Part shown: positions 1 to 12,494 of the stretch, piece after piece
Numbering within the stretch: position 1 is the stretch's first letter
How the letters are laid out: the number at the start of each line of letters is the position of its first letter
From: Trypethelium eluteriae
Lineage: Eukaryota
NCBI GenBank assembly: GCA_051942245.1
Contig: JAVECL010000005.1
Coordinates: forward strand, 62,001-126,000
Direction: 5' to 3'
Length of the DNA: 64,000 nt
Position numbers and translations under genes: made by a program
The notes under the pieces: generated by a model
What the model saw: the letters and a program-made list of their open reading frames with translations, nothing else
What the model was told of the DNA's origin: nothing
The model's database searches: none

Positions 1-340
1 TATTCTTGGCTCTACTTCAGTGGACATCTGCTGCATCTTTCTATTGATTCCAAGTTCCTATCTTGTCGAATTATGACAGGGGTATCTATTATTGCAGATC
101 ATCCTCTCCAATTGAACAACGGAGACAGGGGTTTTTTTGTTTTGCGTTTTTGTTTTTTTACCTACTAGCCCTGGCATCTATCTATGATAGGCTTGCTTGA
201 CTAGATTGACAGCACACGATTACCAACCCTTGTTGTTGTAAAAGGATTGGGCACAGAGATATATTTTACCCAAGTCCTACCGCGTGTCTCTTCTGTAGCC
301 TGAGAAGCCCAGCGCCCCATTTTCGGAAGTAAAGTAGGCA

Positions 341-3300
341 ATGGGATTATTCGATTACTTTACGACTAGGGGGGTGAAGGAGATTGCGAATGCGGGTACT
401 TCTGGATCACAGTCACCAAGCGCCGAGCAGATGAAGAACTCGATGATTCAACCCCCTCACGCAACAGAGCCAGGGAGCCATGACGGCACTCCAAGGTCCG
501 GCACTTCAGGCCCATGGGACAAGAGGGTATCGCGGGCTTCTATGACTCCATCCTTGCGCTCGCATAGCTTCATGGATGACATCAAGCATGAAGTCATGGT
601 CAATTATCTTCATCAGCAGCAATGTGCTAGAATGTGGATGGTCGACGGTAGCAGGGCGAATCAAGGTGTCTTGGTGCGTAAAACAAGAGGCATCTATATG
701 GCTTGCCCGCCGCAGCTGAGGGAGTCTGACCTTGCAAGCGCGGCAGCCGCTCTCAATCTACAGGTATGTTTCCTGTTGGATCTCTTCCATGACTTGGGGT
801 AACTTCAATTCCAGGCTGTGATGACTGTGGATTCTCGCGTCGTTCGAACTTTGCTCGAGTCGGCGACTGGTATGCTCGAATTACCACTCAGCAATGGCCT
901 CCATGTCCAGGTGCTCCCCTCCCTTGAGCAACTTCCTCGCGCAAGAAAACACCAGATGGCTGCTGTCATTGCCTCAGAACCATATCTCGTCGTCTGGGAC
1001 GACGAAGCAACCCACCTTGTGGAACGTGCTGCAGCTATAGAAGCTGATCTGATGAACCTTATCTGGAAGAACGGCAGTATCCGCGATCAAGATCATGCGG
1101 GCGAGAAGTCAGAAATTGGACCCGATATCACTATTTTGGAGGTTGACGAAGAGAGTGGAGAGTTGATTCCGCAAGCTCGTCCAGTCCATATCATGAACGC
1201 CGCGCTGGTTGGCTTTACAATCTTTCTTGTGGTTGCAATGCTCGGAGCCGGTTTTCGCGAAGTTGCGGGCGAGACCGCCGTAGACAAAAACTACATGAGG
1301 ATTGCCTTTATCGCATTAGTGCCGGTTCAAGTCTTCTTTACCTTGGCAAGTTCCTCCGCATTTTCCCTGCTCATGGATGCACTAACAGTGTCCACTCAGT
1401 TTTTCGCTCAAGTTGTAGTGGGCTGCATTGCGCAATGCATCGGACCTATCCGCCAGATGAAAACCAATTCTCGATACTATTCCGCTCAGGCCCCAGCTCG
1501 GCTACGAAATGGCTCTCTGCCTCACGTGACAATCCAATGTCCTGTGTACAAAGAAGGGCTAGCATCTGTCATAGCGCCAACAATCAAGTCGATCAAGCAG
1601 GCTATATCCACTTATGAGCTGCAAGGTGGCTCTGCGAACATGTTTGTAAATGATGATGGGCTCCAACTTCTCGATGAAGAGGAGAGGAATCAGAGGATCG
1701 ACTTCTATGCGGATCACAGCATTGGATGGGTTGCGAGGCCAAAACATGGCGAAAATGGATTCCTACGAAGGGGAAAGTTCAAGAAGGTACGTCTTCTCCC
1801 ATTGTGCGCATCTTTCCACGCCATGTGCTGTGTTGAAGGAGCCTGAGGCCGTCTTCAGGCACTTGCAGGAGCTGACACGTGCGTCAAGGCATCCAATATG
1901 AACTTCGCGTTGATGATCTCGTGTAAAGTCGAGGATAAGCTGCGCCAAATTGACAGATCGCAGCACTGGGATCAGAACGATGAAGCAGAGGCCTATGAGC
2001 ATTCCTTGAAGCAGGTGCTGGCAGAAGACGGGCGTGCCTGGGCTGATGGAAATATACGCGTTGGCGATTACATTCTTCTCAGTAAGTAGGCATGAAGACG
2101 CTTGACCCTCTCTCCATGTGTTGATAGCATTTGATAGTCGATTCTGACACGCGGGTTCCCGCCGATTGTCTCTTTGACGCCGCTTCTGAAATGGAACAAT
2201 CGCCGGAAGTTGGTATCATGCAATTCTCCTCCGGCGTGATGCAAGTTGTGCACACCTACTTCGAAAACGGTATCACCTTTTTCACAAACCTCATCTACAC
2301 GGCGATCCGATACACTGTCTCCAATGGTGATGTTGCACCTTTCGTTGGCCATAATGCCATACTTCGATGGAGTGCTTTGCAAATGATATCGTACTTTGAC
2401 GAAGATGGCTACGAGAAATTCTGGAGCGAAAGCCATGTCTCCGAAGATTTTGACATGGCCTTGCGCCTGCAAGTCAATGGTTACATCATCCGTCTTGCGG
2501 CCTGGGCAGGTGATGGCTTCAAAGAAGGCGTCTCTCTGACCGTCTATGATGAACTTGCACGATGGGAAAAATATGCATATGGCTGCAACGAATTACTCTT
2601 TCATCCAGTCCGCTTTTGGCTGACTCGAGGTCCTTTCACGCCGCTATTTCGAAAGTTCTTGTTCAGCAACATCCGCGTGACAAGTAAGATCACTATCTTA
2701 AGTTACATCGGAACCTATTACGCAATTGGAGCTGCATGGATAATGACAACTGCGAATTATTTCGCAATCGGATGGTTCAATGGATACCTGGATAAGTATT
2801 ATATCGACTCCTGGAAGGTCTGGTTTAGCATTGTCATTGTCTTCAATGGACTTGGGAACGTGGCTCTGGCAATTATGCGGTATGCTTATTCCCCAGTCCT
2901 CCTAACAGCGATCAGACAGACTCACTGAAGTACGCCTCGCAGCTACCGAACTGGGGACAAGCCTTTCCTTTCAGCACTTCTTGAGAACATCAAATGGATA
3001 CCCCTTCTTGCTATCTTCCTGGGCGGCCTCTCCCTCCACATATCCAGCGCCCTCCTTGCGCATATGTTCTCCGTCAATATGACCTGGGGTGCCACCGCCA
3101 AAGAAGCAGAATTCAGCAACTTCTTCATCGAGGTGCCTAAAGTGCTACGGCGGTTCAAGTTCAGCATGGGGTTCGCGGTGATCATGATGGCTGCAATGGT
3201 GGTACTGGCCAAAGCGAGCTGGGTGCCCTGGGACTGGCATATCAAGGACATGGTGGCGATTTTGCCAATGGCAACCGTAGCAGGGAGCCACCTCTTACTG

Positions 3301-3342
3301 CCAGTGGCGCTCAATCCAGCTTTGATGACGTTTTCGTGGTAA
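341..3342 (+). CDS. Glycosyltransferase family 2 membrane protein (Glyco_trans_2_3-like, putative glucan synthase), 6 exons
   Basis: ORFs join across introns 764-814, 1346-1399 (GC-AG), 1787-1888, 2082-2137 and 2880-2942. GT2 motifs QCPVYKE, NDDG, KKASNMN, IDSDTR, VSEDFD and RWEKYAYG are present, followed by C-terminal TM helices. Confidence 0.9.
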
Positions 3343-3905
3343 ACAAGTATCCGGGCTGGGAGTAATAAGGCGTTGCTCGAAGTTATGACGATAATGATGA
3401 GATCTAAAGGCAGGCGTCTCTTGGCAACAAGGTTTTAAAAATTTTGGGCGTGAGTATCGGGGTACATTCGAGGACCGAGGCAACGGCTAGAAATCATGCA
3501 ATAAAATGTCTCTCTTCAATACACATTGCTTTTACTCTTTCATGTACTCCCCGACCACACTTAGCACCTTCTCCACCACCTTACTACAATCAGCTATCGG
3601 CTGATAAGATTTCGCAAACCTGGCTCCCGACTCTTCACTACTATTCTGTCATTACTGTCAAACACCAACTTTAAACCTCTTTCAATTTCTCCAGTTTGCC
3701 CTTTCGGTTGGCCTGCTTGTGAAAGTCATCGTCCCTATCTCATGGCCGAGCCGGCGTCCTGGGCCTTAAAGTGACCAGTGAGCTCTGAAGACAGCGCAGT
3801 GGAAAGTCCAAAGTACGCAAAAGCGATTCTAGAACTTTTCCGTTGTGTCTAAGGTCATCTTTTCCACGTTTAGGCAACTGCAGGAGTAACGATGCTGGGA
3901 CCATT

Positions 3906-6234
3906 TCACGGTACCGGGTCACCAGGTATGGAGGCCTCGTCTTTAAGCCCTTCCAGTCCGCCAGAGTCCTTCAATGACAAATCACTATGGTGCGAATGAC
4001 ACGAGTGAAACTCCGATGAGCATAAGCTCGATGCATGTGGGCTCTCCGCTGCACCAACCGATTGTGAAGGCTCCAACTCGATCCCGAGAGCGGCTTCATC
4101 CTAAATTAGCTTGTCAGAGTTGTCTACCAAATGACTGGACACCTCGAGAAGTAGAGTATTACCATGAACCAGTACTTCAGTACCAACCGGCCCCAACTCG
4201 CTGCCGGCATCTCCGGATTATGAAGCATTGAACGATGAACCTTGGCCTGTTCTTCAGATGATCCTAGCGAATGCAACAGCCATCGATTAACCCTATCTCT
4301 CGTTCCGTTCCAGTTCCCGAGTAGGGATGCATCGTAGGATTGGACGATGATTCCGTCTGTGGCGAGACCGGGTTGCGAGTTTTCGTCGTCCGATTGTCGA
4401 TCTTGCAGGAACCCACTCCACGCATTGCAAATTTTGGTCTCGGTATCACCTAGGGCAGTGATGGATTTTCGGTGGTACTCAGCACTATACATGACGTCGT
4501 CTCTAATGACTTTCAATTCTTCACGCTGATGTACCATTTCCGCATGGATCGGTGAGTCAATCATGGTCCCGTCATTTGCGAGTGTCGTCATTAGGATATG
4601 ATCTATGAAGTCTATTTCTTGTTTTAGAAGTCCCACGAGCCGCATTCTGGATACGTAATGGGAAACTTCTGGGTGACTGTATGGGTCAGAACTCAGAGCG
4701 TTCAGAGTCGAGTTGTCGAGGCGTCTCGGAAACCGATACTCGGCTGTCGTTCGTCTTAGATTATGCCATGAAGCTCCTAGTTGATTGGCCGCTGACTCTA
4801 TGTGCGGGCGCAGCGCATCGACTCGGTCCTTCTGCGACTCTGGAATTGCCTCCATACAGGCGTCTTCAAGAACCTCGGTCCATTTACCAATGAACGCTCC
4901 GTGAGAATGTTTCAGATGCTGACGGAAGTGATCAATTCTCCAAAACCTTTTCTCGAGATTACACTGCTGGAAGCGATGCGCTATACGGAGGTGTTTGCGA
5001 CAGAGCAAAGCTGCTTCCGGGTGCTTCGAGAAGGTAACCTGGGTCTCGCAGTAGCCGCAGATTAAACTTTCTTGTCTCTGAAAAAATGCGTCTTGGATAC
5101 TCCGAAGGGCCGAGCAAGACCACGAATGCTTACGTTCATGCAACGACTCTATATGGCGTTCCGCCTCCTTCCTGTTGGCGAATGTGTTGGTGCAGAAGCC
5201 ACAAGTATACCGATTTGGAAACCGAGAAGACCGCAGTATAGTTCTGGTTGTAAGGATTAGTCGGGAAATGCAAACAATCTCACCGAAGAGATCGCCGAAG
5301 ACATACTTAGAGAGTTTCTCTGATTTATCGTGTTCTAGCCGAACGTTTTCAACCACGGAAGAAAGACCGAAAATACTGAGCGATGTCTGAGAGCCACTGC
5401 TCTGTGCGCGCCGGGCAGACTGGGCTGTGGATGATCTCGAAGATTCTCTAAGAAAGTCTGAGGAACTGCGCCTCGAAATCGTTCTATACGGCGGAGGGGG
5501 ATCCTCTGAGATCCCCGACATTCGGGAGATGGAGCTCGAGACGCTCTGCAGGCTTCTCATACTACCTTCGGAATGGCTCAAAATTGACATTGTTGTGCTG
5601 TTCAAGGTCTCCAGTCTCTGAAGTATCTCTCCGATATGAGCATTGGAATCTGAATGTTGCTCCGATGACGCGACTTTGCTTTGTTCGACTTTGGTTTCCA
5701 ATACGTCTGCCTTGCGGGCAGTGGAGATGCCTCGAGTCCTGCTTATACGTCAATAGCTTACAGTCCAATCGCGAAAGACCACACACACGTCGATAGCAAA
5801 AGTAGACTAGTATTAATCTCCGTTCTGCGGCAACTGATCTCCTGCCTGATGCCTCTCACTGATTCTTGGTTCACGGCAACCCAGAACTTGCGTGCCCATG
5901 ACTTGGTGCCTCTGCCAGGTGAAGGTCGTAGATCTCTGGCCGTTTTCAACCAGCTTGAGATCTCCCGGCTGCAATCCTCAAGCTGTATCTGGAGTGATGC
6001 CACATCGGCGTCGGCTTCATCTGCAGAGGCTTTCTTCGAAATCGTATCGAGTAACAGCTCGACGTCATGCAGCGTCCTCAACAAGCCATTGATATCTCGG
6101 AGAAAGCCATCTACAGTTTTTGATGCGGCAGCAATGCTCTCAAAGAGGTTCTTGAGAGTTTCTAATCCGCCGACACACTGTCCTGCTAATCCGATGATCC
6201 CAGCAAAGCTTGACACTGCAGCAATGGCTTCCAT
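3906..6234 (-). CDS. HeLo-like (fungal STAND N-terminal-type) domain fused to C2H2 zinc-finger region, 3 exons
   Basis: Exon 1 is MEAIAAVSSFAGIIGLAGQCVGGLETLK..., and intron 5739-5788 joins it in frame to the 525-aa ORF. Zinc-finger motifs YTCGFC..HIESLH, CGYC..HLRIAH and FWRIDHFRQHLKHSH are present. A last intron (~4101-4162) gives YWFM|DEAA... with a stop at 3906-3908. Confidence 0.75.
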
Positions 6235-6855
6235 CGCTGCCTAGAGGCGCTTGAGGGGCTCCAATTGCAAAGATATGGGACGTAGCTACCGTGGTGCAAG
6301 AGGTACTTAGAGGAAGAACCTACGATTCATTCAGAGGCTGTACATACTCAGCGGTGGATCAGCCTTGCATTAGGCTGACTCTGGGTGGCGAAGCAAAAAC
6401 CCGCAGTAGGATTCCGCATGGATGCATTCGAAAGTGCCCCGATTCGTATCTTCCTTTTTCCTGGCGATGAAGAAATCCATTGAAGCCCTTCGAGAAGCTG
6501 CGACAAATCATATCTCAAAGTCGTGAACGGTCGAGGTTCTTGTAGCGTAGATTAAAAGTAGAGGTAACGCCAAGGGTTTTCAGAAAACTCCCGCACGGCC
6601 ATGCTTTATCCTACTCTAACTTCGCTTTGGCTTTCCTTCGAGTGTCAATCGGATTCGTAACCGGCAGCTTCCTATCTACATAACTCAAAATGTGGAAATA
6701 AAACTACACAAGCACAGGACCCAAATGTCACAGTCGCCGGCGACATTGATCCTTTACATATTCCAGCATATCTGCCAAGCCGACCCAATTCCGGTACCGC
6801 GGAATCAGCCATGCCAGCTCACATTATTGACCTGTTCACTAGACAGTCTGCTTTG

Positions 6856-7761
6856 TCAATCCATTGCTCGAGCCGTCTTCTTCCCTTTCAAGCTCCAGAG
6901 CCGAGTGCACCACTTATCGTTCGTCCTGCGATGCTCTCCTCCAAAATCTGACCTCGCCAGTCTCTTGTCGTACCACTTCCTCACCTTCTCAGCTTCACGC
7001 CTGACCAAATCCGCTTGTTGAATCACCTTCTCGGCTCTCTTCCTAATCCCTTCGACCCCTTTCCTCTTCCTCTCGCTCTCGCTCTCCAAGAACACCTGCT
7101 CATTCACTCTACGCCCATCACTCGTGTCCTCTGTACCAGCATTCTCCCTCCTGTCCTTCGCCTCTCCACCCCACTCCGACCTTGTCCTCTTCGTCCTTGC
7201 TTCACACCGTGGACACGTCCACTCAATTATTGTCCAACCGGAATCCGCCTCCTGCCTCTGCTCGTCATGCGTACGCGATAGCTTTGGGCCGAGCTTTGGC
7301 AAGAGAAACTGATGTCCACATTCAAACATGATCTTGGAGTACGATAGGATACAAGCCCCGCAGGTAAGGCCAGCTGGATTTCGCACCGCCTCTTCGTGGG
7401 GTCCGCGCGGCCACTTTGTGGCATGTGGGTTCGCGACCAGCGTCGTGGTTTGGTGGCCACAGATGTAGTGGTGAACCTTCACTGCATCGTGATCCGACTC
7501 CAGCGAAGAGTGTGATGGCAAGCGGCAGAGAGCGCAACGGTCATTGGATGTCTGAAAGTAATTGTAGCGTTCGCGAATGCCGGGGACGAATGGGAGTTCA
7601 GGATAGGCGAGGCGTGAAATGTTGCGGGCGAAGATGGGGATAACGTCGCGGGTGGAGTGTTCGCAGGCAAAGTGGGTCGTAACGGCAACTTCAGGCAAGG
7701 TGAAGGTACTGCAGGGGGAGCATATTGGATCGTTGGTATGGTTCCTTGAGCTCGCTGACAT
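6856..7761 (-). CDS. Hypothetical Cys/His-rich protein with repeated (F/Y)xC(G/E)H...CxxC motifs
   Basis: Uninterrupted ~300-aa ORF, first ATG at 7761, with a charged helical C-terminus. Confidence 0.6.
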   Translation of the reverse strand: MSASSRNHTNDPICSPCSTFTLPEVAVTTHFACEHSTRDVIPIFARNISRLAYPELPFVPGIRERYNYFQTSNDRCALCRLPSHSSLESDHDAVKVHHYICGHQTTTLVANPHATKWPRGPHEEAVRNPAGLTCGACILSYSKIMFECGHQFLLPKLGPKLSRTHDEQRQEADSGWTIIEWTCPRCEARTKRTRSEWGGEAKDRRENAGTEDTSDGRRVNEQVFLESESERKRKGVEGIRKRAEKVIQQADLVRREAEKVRKWYDKRLARSDFGGEHRRTNDKWCTRLWSLKGKKTARAMD

Positions 7762-7942
7762 TGCAGCAGAGCGCAACGCGATGGGAAGATCTGTCAGAAG
7801 AGCCTAAGGACACTGGAGCTACTACAAACATTGTATGCAGAGAAGAAGTGGCTTAGCAGTGCAGATTGGTCAAAGAGAGCATAGATGGAGAGTTTTTTGA
7901 GGCAGGAGTACCTTCGTACGAACACGAAACAACATATACACC

Positions 7943-8064
7943 TTAGGAATAAAATCAGTATACCCGAGTGCTATCAATGAAATAACTCCCCTCCCAAAAC
8001 AGAACAAGCATTTTAGGAACGAAGTCAGTAAACCCAAGCACCATCAGCGAAACACCAGACCTCC
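7943..8064. repeat. Degenerate direct tandem duplication, period 70 bp
   Basis: ttaggaataaaatcagtatacccgagtgctatcaatgaaata (7943) aligns without gaps to ttaggaacgaagtcagtaaacccaagcaccatcagcgaaaca (8013). Confidence 0.7.
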
Positions 8065-8122
8065 TCCATCGGAACACCGAATCGATCCATCCGTCCGGCA
8101 GTGAAAGTCAGCTCCTCTCCCT

Positions 8123-9729
8123 TCACATCACAAACAGGCTGATCGCAACAGCTGCCAAACAAGTACAGGCGGCAACCCTGGCAAACGGGATCACCAACAC
8201 GGCTCCGGCGCCTTCTGCACCTTGCGGTGAATCGGAATCGTCCGGGGTAGGAGTGCTGGAGATTGCGAATTCACTGAGCGTGCTCAGAACGGTGGACGTG
8301 CTGAATGGACTGTCTGTGGGTTCAGGTGCGGTCACCGTCTCCGCTTGAAGGTCATCCGAAGCGGTACGTTTAGTGTGATCAAGCTCCTCAAGAGTCATAA
8401 TGCGGTGATCGCCGACGTAGACATCAAGCTGGCCGTCATCAGATTCTCCCACGAGACCTTTCTCAGCATTAGACGCATCTTCGTCAATCTCTTCGCCACT
8501 CTCTATCCGAACGGGAAGGGTGTCACCATTGCTTTTCAGAATCGCCTCGAGAGTAGCCGATGCTCCATATTCACTCACGCGCAAAGTGAATTCGTCATCC
8601 TTACCTTCGATCGTGAATCCTGAAGTGACATCTGGGGACGTTCCATCATACATGATAGTGAACGGTCCGTCAAACCCAGTGAGGTTGTCCCGTTCGCCTT
8701 CGATGATAGCCACTTCGGTAGTCTCCGGTCCATATCCCACGAGGACCTGGGTGTTCGGCTCGTCGTTGGCATCGCTGGCCTCCAGCATCTCGAAGAGTGT
8801 CTCCTGCGGTGCCACCTTGATGTCAATGTGGGTGTACGATCCATTTGCCTTGTCGGTCTCTATTGTCGGGGCAGTAGTGATTGCCGGTGTTGGTTGAGAT
8901 GTACCATTGAGCCAAACTGTGTTCCGTGCCATCAAACTCCTGAATGGCATTGATGGCGAAAGGCTGGCGGATGTGCTCTCTGTAGCTTGATCCGCGTCCG
9001 AGATCTCCAGAGCTGACCTTTTGACGGACTCCCAAGGCTTGGAAATATAGGGAGAGATGAAGTGTGGGCCATGTTTCTTGGGTGATCTTTGCTTCTCAAG
9101 TGGGTATGAGTCTCGAAAGAAGCTGGTGCATGACGGCTCTGCCGTCGTCTCAGGTTCGATAGATCGACGAGCATATTGATCAGTTGTAGTATCTGACGTT
9201 TCGGATTGATCGATGGACTGTGGGAAGTCTTGACGTTTCTCAAGAGAGGAGGTGGATGCTTCATCCACAGCTAGACCCGAGAAAATACCAGTGAAGGTAG
9301 TCTGTGAGCAAAATCAGATCAGCCGGAATGTCATTGCCGAGGCTGGCGTTGCAATACCTTGTGAACATTCGTTGGCACAGGGCTCTCGCAAGACACCAAG
9401 GTGACAGGTTCAACATCGGACCAGGTAAAGGGACGAAGTTCAACCCGATCTGAATACGTCCTCGTGTAGACGTCGGCTGAGCTTGTGAACTTCCACTGAA
9501 TGGAAGATTTGCAGTCCCCTAGCAAGAGTCGAGGTCAATCAAGGGACGAATGAATACTTTCCTGTCAGCTGCTCGACCTACCAAAGCTTGGAGGCGGAGT
9601 TGCAGTTGAGGTAGAGACCAGGTCGGAGGAAAGAGGGATTGCTACTGTAGGAGGAGGTGTTGGTCCTTGTTCGGCAGTAATGCGGCTAGCCAGTAGGGCC
9701 ATGATAGCCACCCCGATGTAAGGCTGCAT
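8123..9729 (-). CDS. Secreted, probably GPI-anchored Ser/Thr/acidic cell-surface protein, 3 exons
   Basis: Signal peptide MQPYIGVAIMALLASRITA at ATG 9729. Two GT-AG introns link it to the 381-aa ORF. It has a LEKR Kex2-like site and a C-terminal GAGA plus hydrophobic tail. Confidence 0.7.
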
Positions 9730-10609
9730 GGTGAACGAGGACTTGAAAGTAATAAGATGAATCAGAAAATGTGGATGATACAGAATGCAGTGCTGAGAGT
9801 GTCTGAGTTCCAAAAGCTGTTGGGAGAGAAGATGGAAGTGAAAAGTAAGTTGAGAAAGACGAGTACTTAAAGGAGAATCTCTGTTTACAATGCATGGGAA
9901 AGGACCCACGGGCAGCTACTCGAAACAGAAATTGATCCGGCTGAACTGGCAAGCTCGAGACAAGAAGCAGGTTCACGGTAGTCACAACACTTGCTCGAGA
10001 AGCAGGAACTGCGCAGAGAAAACATGAGCAAATCCGTCAAAACAACGGCAATCCGAGGCGATGGAAAGTGCGAGTCTAATATAGTAGTGTGGAAATACTA
10101 TTACCCCAGATAAGCATAGATACCTAACCTTTGGGAACTAATAATTGACGCATCACAATGTCTGTGAGGCCTACTTGTGTGATCGTACATCCGCTCGTTA
10201 GCTTGCCAGGTTTGCGTCTATCCTCCTATTCAAGTAACTGCCTTAATTCCAAGGGATCAGCGGTAGTCCTCATGGGTACCTCGACGCCGATCAAGTTACC
10301 TCGTTCAGCCAGGCGTGATCACGTACTGTCGAGTCTAGCCAAGAACAGCGACGTTCCTACCGTGACTAAACGCAAGTGAACTTGGTAGTGTTGATGGTGT
10401 ATTGAGTAGTGGCGCGAACAAAGGCAAGAGGCGGCGATCGCTGCCACCTCTACTATCTCTGCGGGGCAAGCCATGAGCACGCCATCTGGGCAGGCAGGAG
10501 CATATCATGAGCATATCATGAGCTTGGGTCCGGTGTTGGAGGAGTCGCGTCGCTCACATCAGATACATCCAAAAGCGTATCAGAAGAATCGCTGCTCCTC
10601 TGCAAGACC

Positions 10610-11178
10610 ATGCCAACTGCCGTGCAAAAGAACCTCGTTATCTCAAATGAGAAGTACGCGAGTTCCTTTACGGAGGCACTGGAGGGCAAGCTGCCACTGC
10701 CACCCGCAAAGAAATACCTTGTTGGTAAGTCAAACAGCTTGAACGTGGTCATGGCAGCTCTGAAAGAATGGCAGTAACATGCATGGATGCTCGCATCGAT
10801 CCTGCCTCAGCATTTGGCATCAACCTCGGCGATGCCCATGTTATCCGCAATGCGGGTGGCTCTGCCAAGGACGCTCTTCGTTCTATCGTCATCTCCGAGC
10901 AGCTCCTCGGAACTACTGAGATTTTGCTCGTCAAGCATACTGATTGTGGTATGCTGACCTTCAGCAACAACGATGCTCACCAGCTCGTCGAGAAGAACCT
11001 CGGTGCTGGAGTTCAAGAAGAATTGAAAGGTTTGGATTTTCTGCCATTTCCAGAGTTGGACCAGGCAGTGAAGGATGATCTTGCATTTTTGGAGGCCTCA
11101 AGACTGATCCCTGGTGAAGTGGCCGTGAGTGGATGGGTCTATGATGTTGGCAGCGGGAAGGTGAGGCCGGTCGCGTGA
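10610..11178 (+). CDS. Beta-class carbonic anhydrase (short clade-D-like type)
   Basis: Exon 1 MPTAVQKNLV..., intron 10725-10774, then TCMDARIDP, RNAGG, HTDCG (Zn ligands) and GWVYDV. Confidence 0.93.
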
Positions 11179-11463
11179 GAGCTGATAGCGGTTATGGGTT
11201 GGTCTGGGAAATGCGCAGAGGCTGCGAACTTCGCATTCCTCCCCGGCCCTGGACACGTTACATCATCGTAGCTTCCGGTATATTCACCGCGTATGGAGTA
11301 TGAGTTATGGCACTGCTGTCTCTTGCTGTTCTGGGTATCATGCTTGTTATCTGTCGATGGCAACGACCCAAGAGCCTTTCAACCATGTCATATTACACCT
11401 AATGTCCTCAGTACCTAATCATCTCCCTTCGATTTTCCAGAACCACCCATAGTATCTACTAGG

Positions 11464-12216
11464 ATGCCGAGCATTCCTCCTATCGTCAATGCGACACTTC
11501 AAGCCGTTGTCTTCAGCGCTACATCCAACATCATTGCTCAGGCATTGACAGCGTATCAGAAAGACGTACATAATTCCATCTTCTATGTTCAGGGATAGCG
11601 CTGATTGCTCGTCTAGAAACCTTTTACTCTCGACACCGTAGCCTTAACTCAATTCGTTCTGTTCTCCATCCTGTCCACGCCACCTAATTTTCTCTGGCAA
11701 GAATGGCTTGAAGATACCTTCCCCGGCCACACCCCTGATACCACCTCAGCACCGTCCACAAAAGCCAAGCAAGAACCCAAGGAAATCACACGTGTTTTCA
11801 CCACGTCCTCGGGCGAAGTCATCGAAAAGAAGATCCTCTCCAGACCACCTAGTCCATCCGCTGCGGAAGAGACGAAGAGACTATCTACTATCGAGAGTCG
11901 GACGAACAGCCCTTCGAGCAAGCTCAATATTCGCAACACAGCCTGCAAATTCTTGCTTGATCAAACCGTTGGGGCTTTGTTGAATACGATAGGGTTTATC
12001 GCTGGCCTGGGCGCATTGAAGGGCAAGAATGGTGAACAGATTTCTGCGGCAATCAAGAATGAGTCTGTGTCAATGATTGTGGCGGGATACAAGCTTTGGC
12101 CCTTGGTCAGCATCATTAGCTTTACCCTCATCCCCTTTCAATGGCGCCTTGCTTTTGCAAGTCTTGTTGGAGTAGGCTGGGGTGTGTTCTTGAGTCTGGC
12201 TGCCGGTGGCCAATGA
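11464..12216 (+). CDS. Mpv17/PMP22 family membrane protein
   Basis: ATG at 11464 (NATLQAVVFSATSNIIAQ), intron ~11566-11617, then PPNFLWQEWLE, KFLLDQTVGA, LWPLVSIISF and WGVFLSL. Confidence 0.88.
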
Positions 12217-12494
12217 GCCTTTGGTCAATCAAAGGGATATTGGTGAAGGGCATATGTCACATGCATCCAGCCGGAAACTACGATGAGGTGTGTATTTCAA
12301 ACCTCGGTCTGACGTCTTTACACAAGTGTTGCGAATAGCGCAGCGATAGTTACTTGATACCCTAGGGCATAGAATTAATCTTCTGACCTGACACATCACT
12401 GCAGTGCTGCCGATAGTTGCAACAGGCAAAAACAAGCTATCAGAAATCCCTTACCCTGACCATGATATAATGACCGACTTTCCAAACAACCGTC

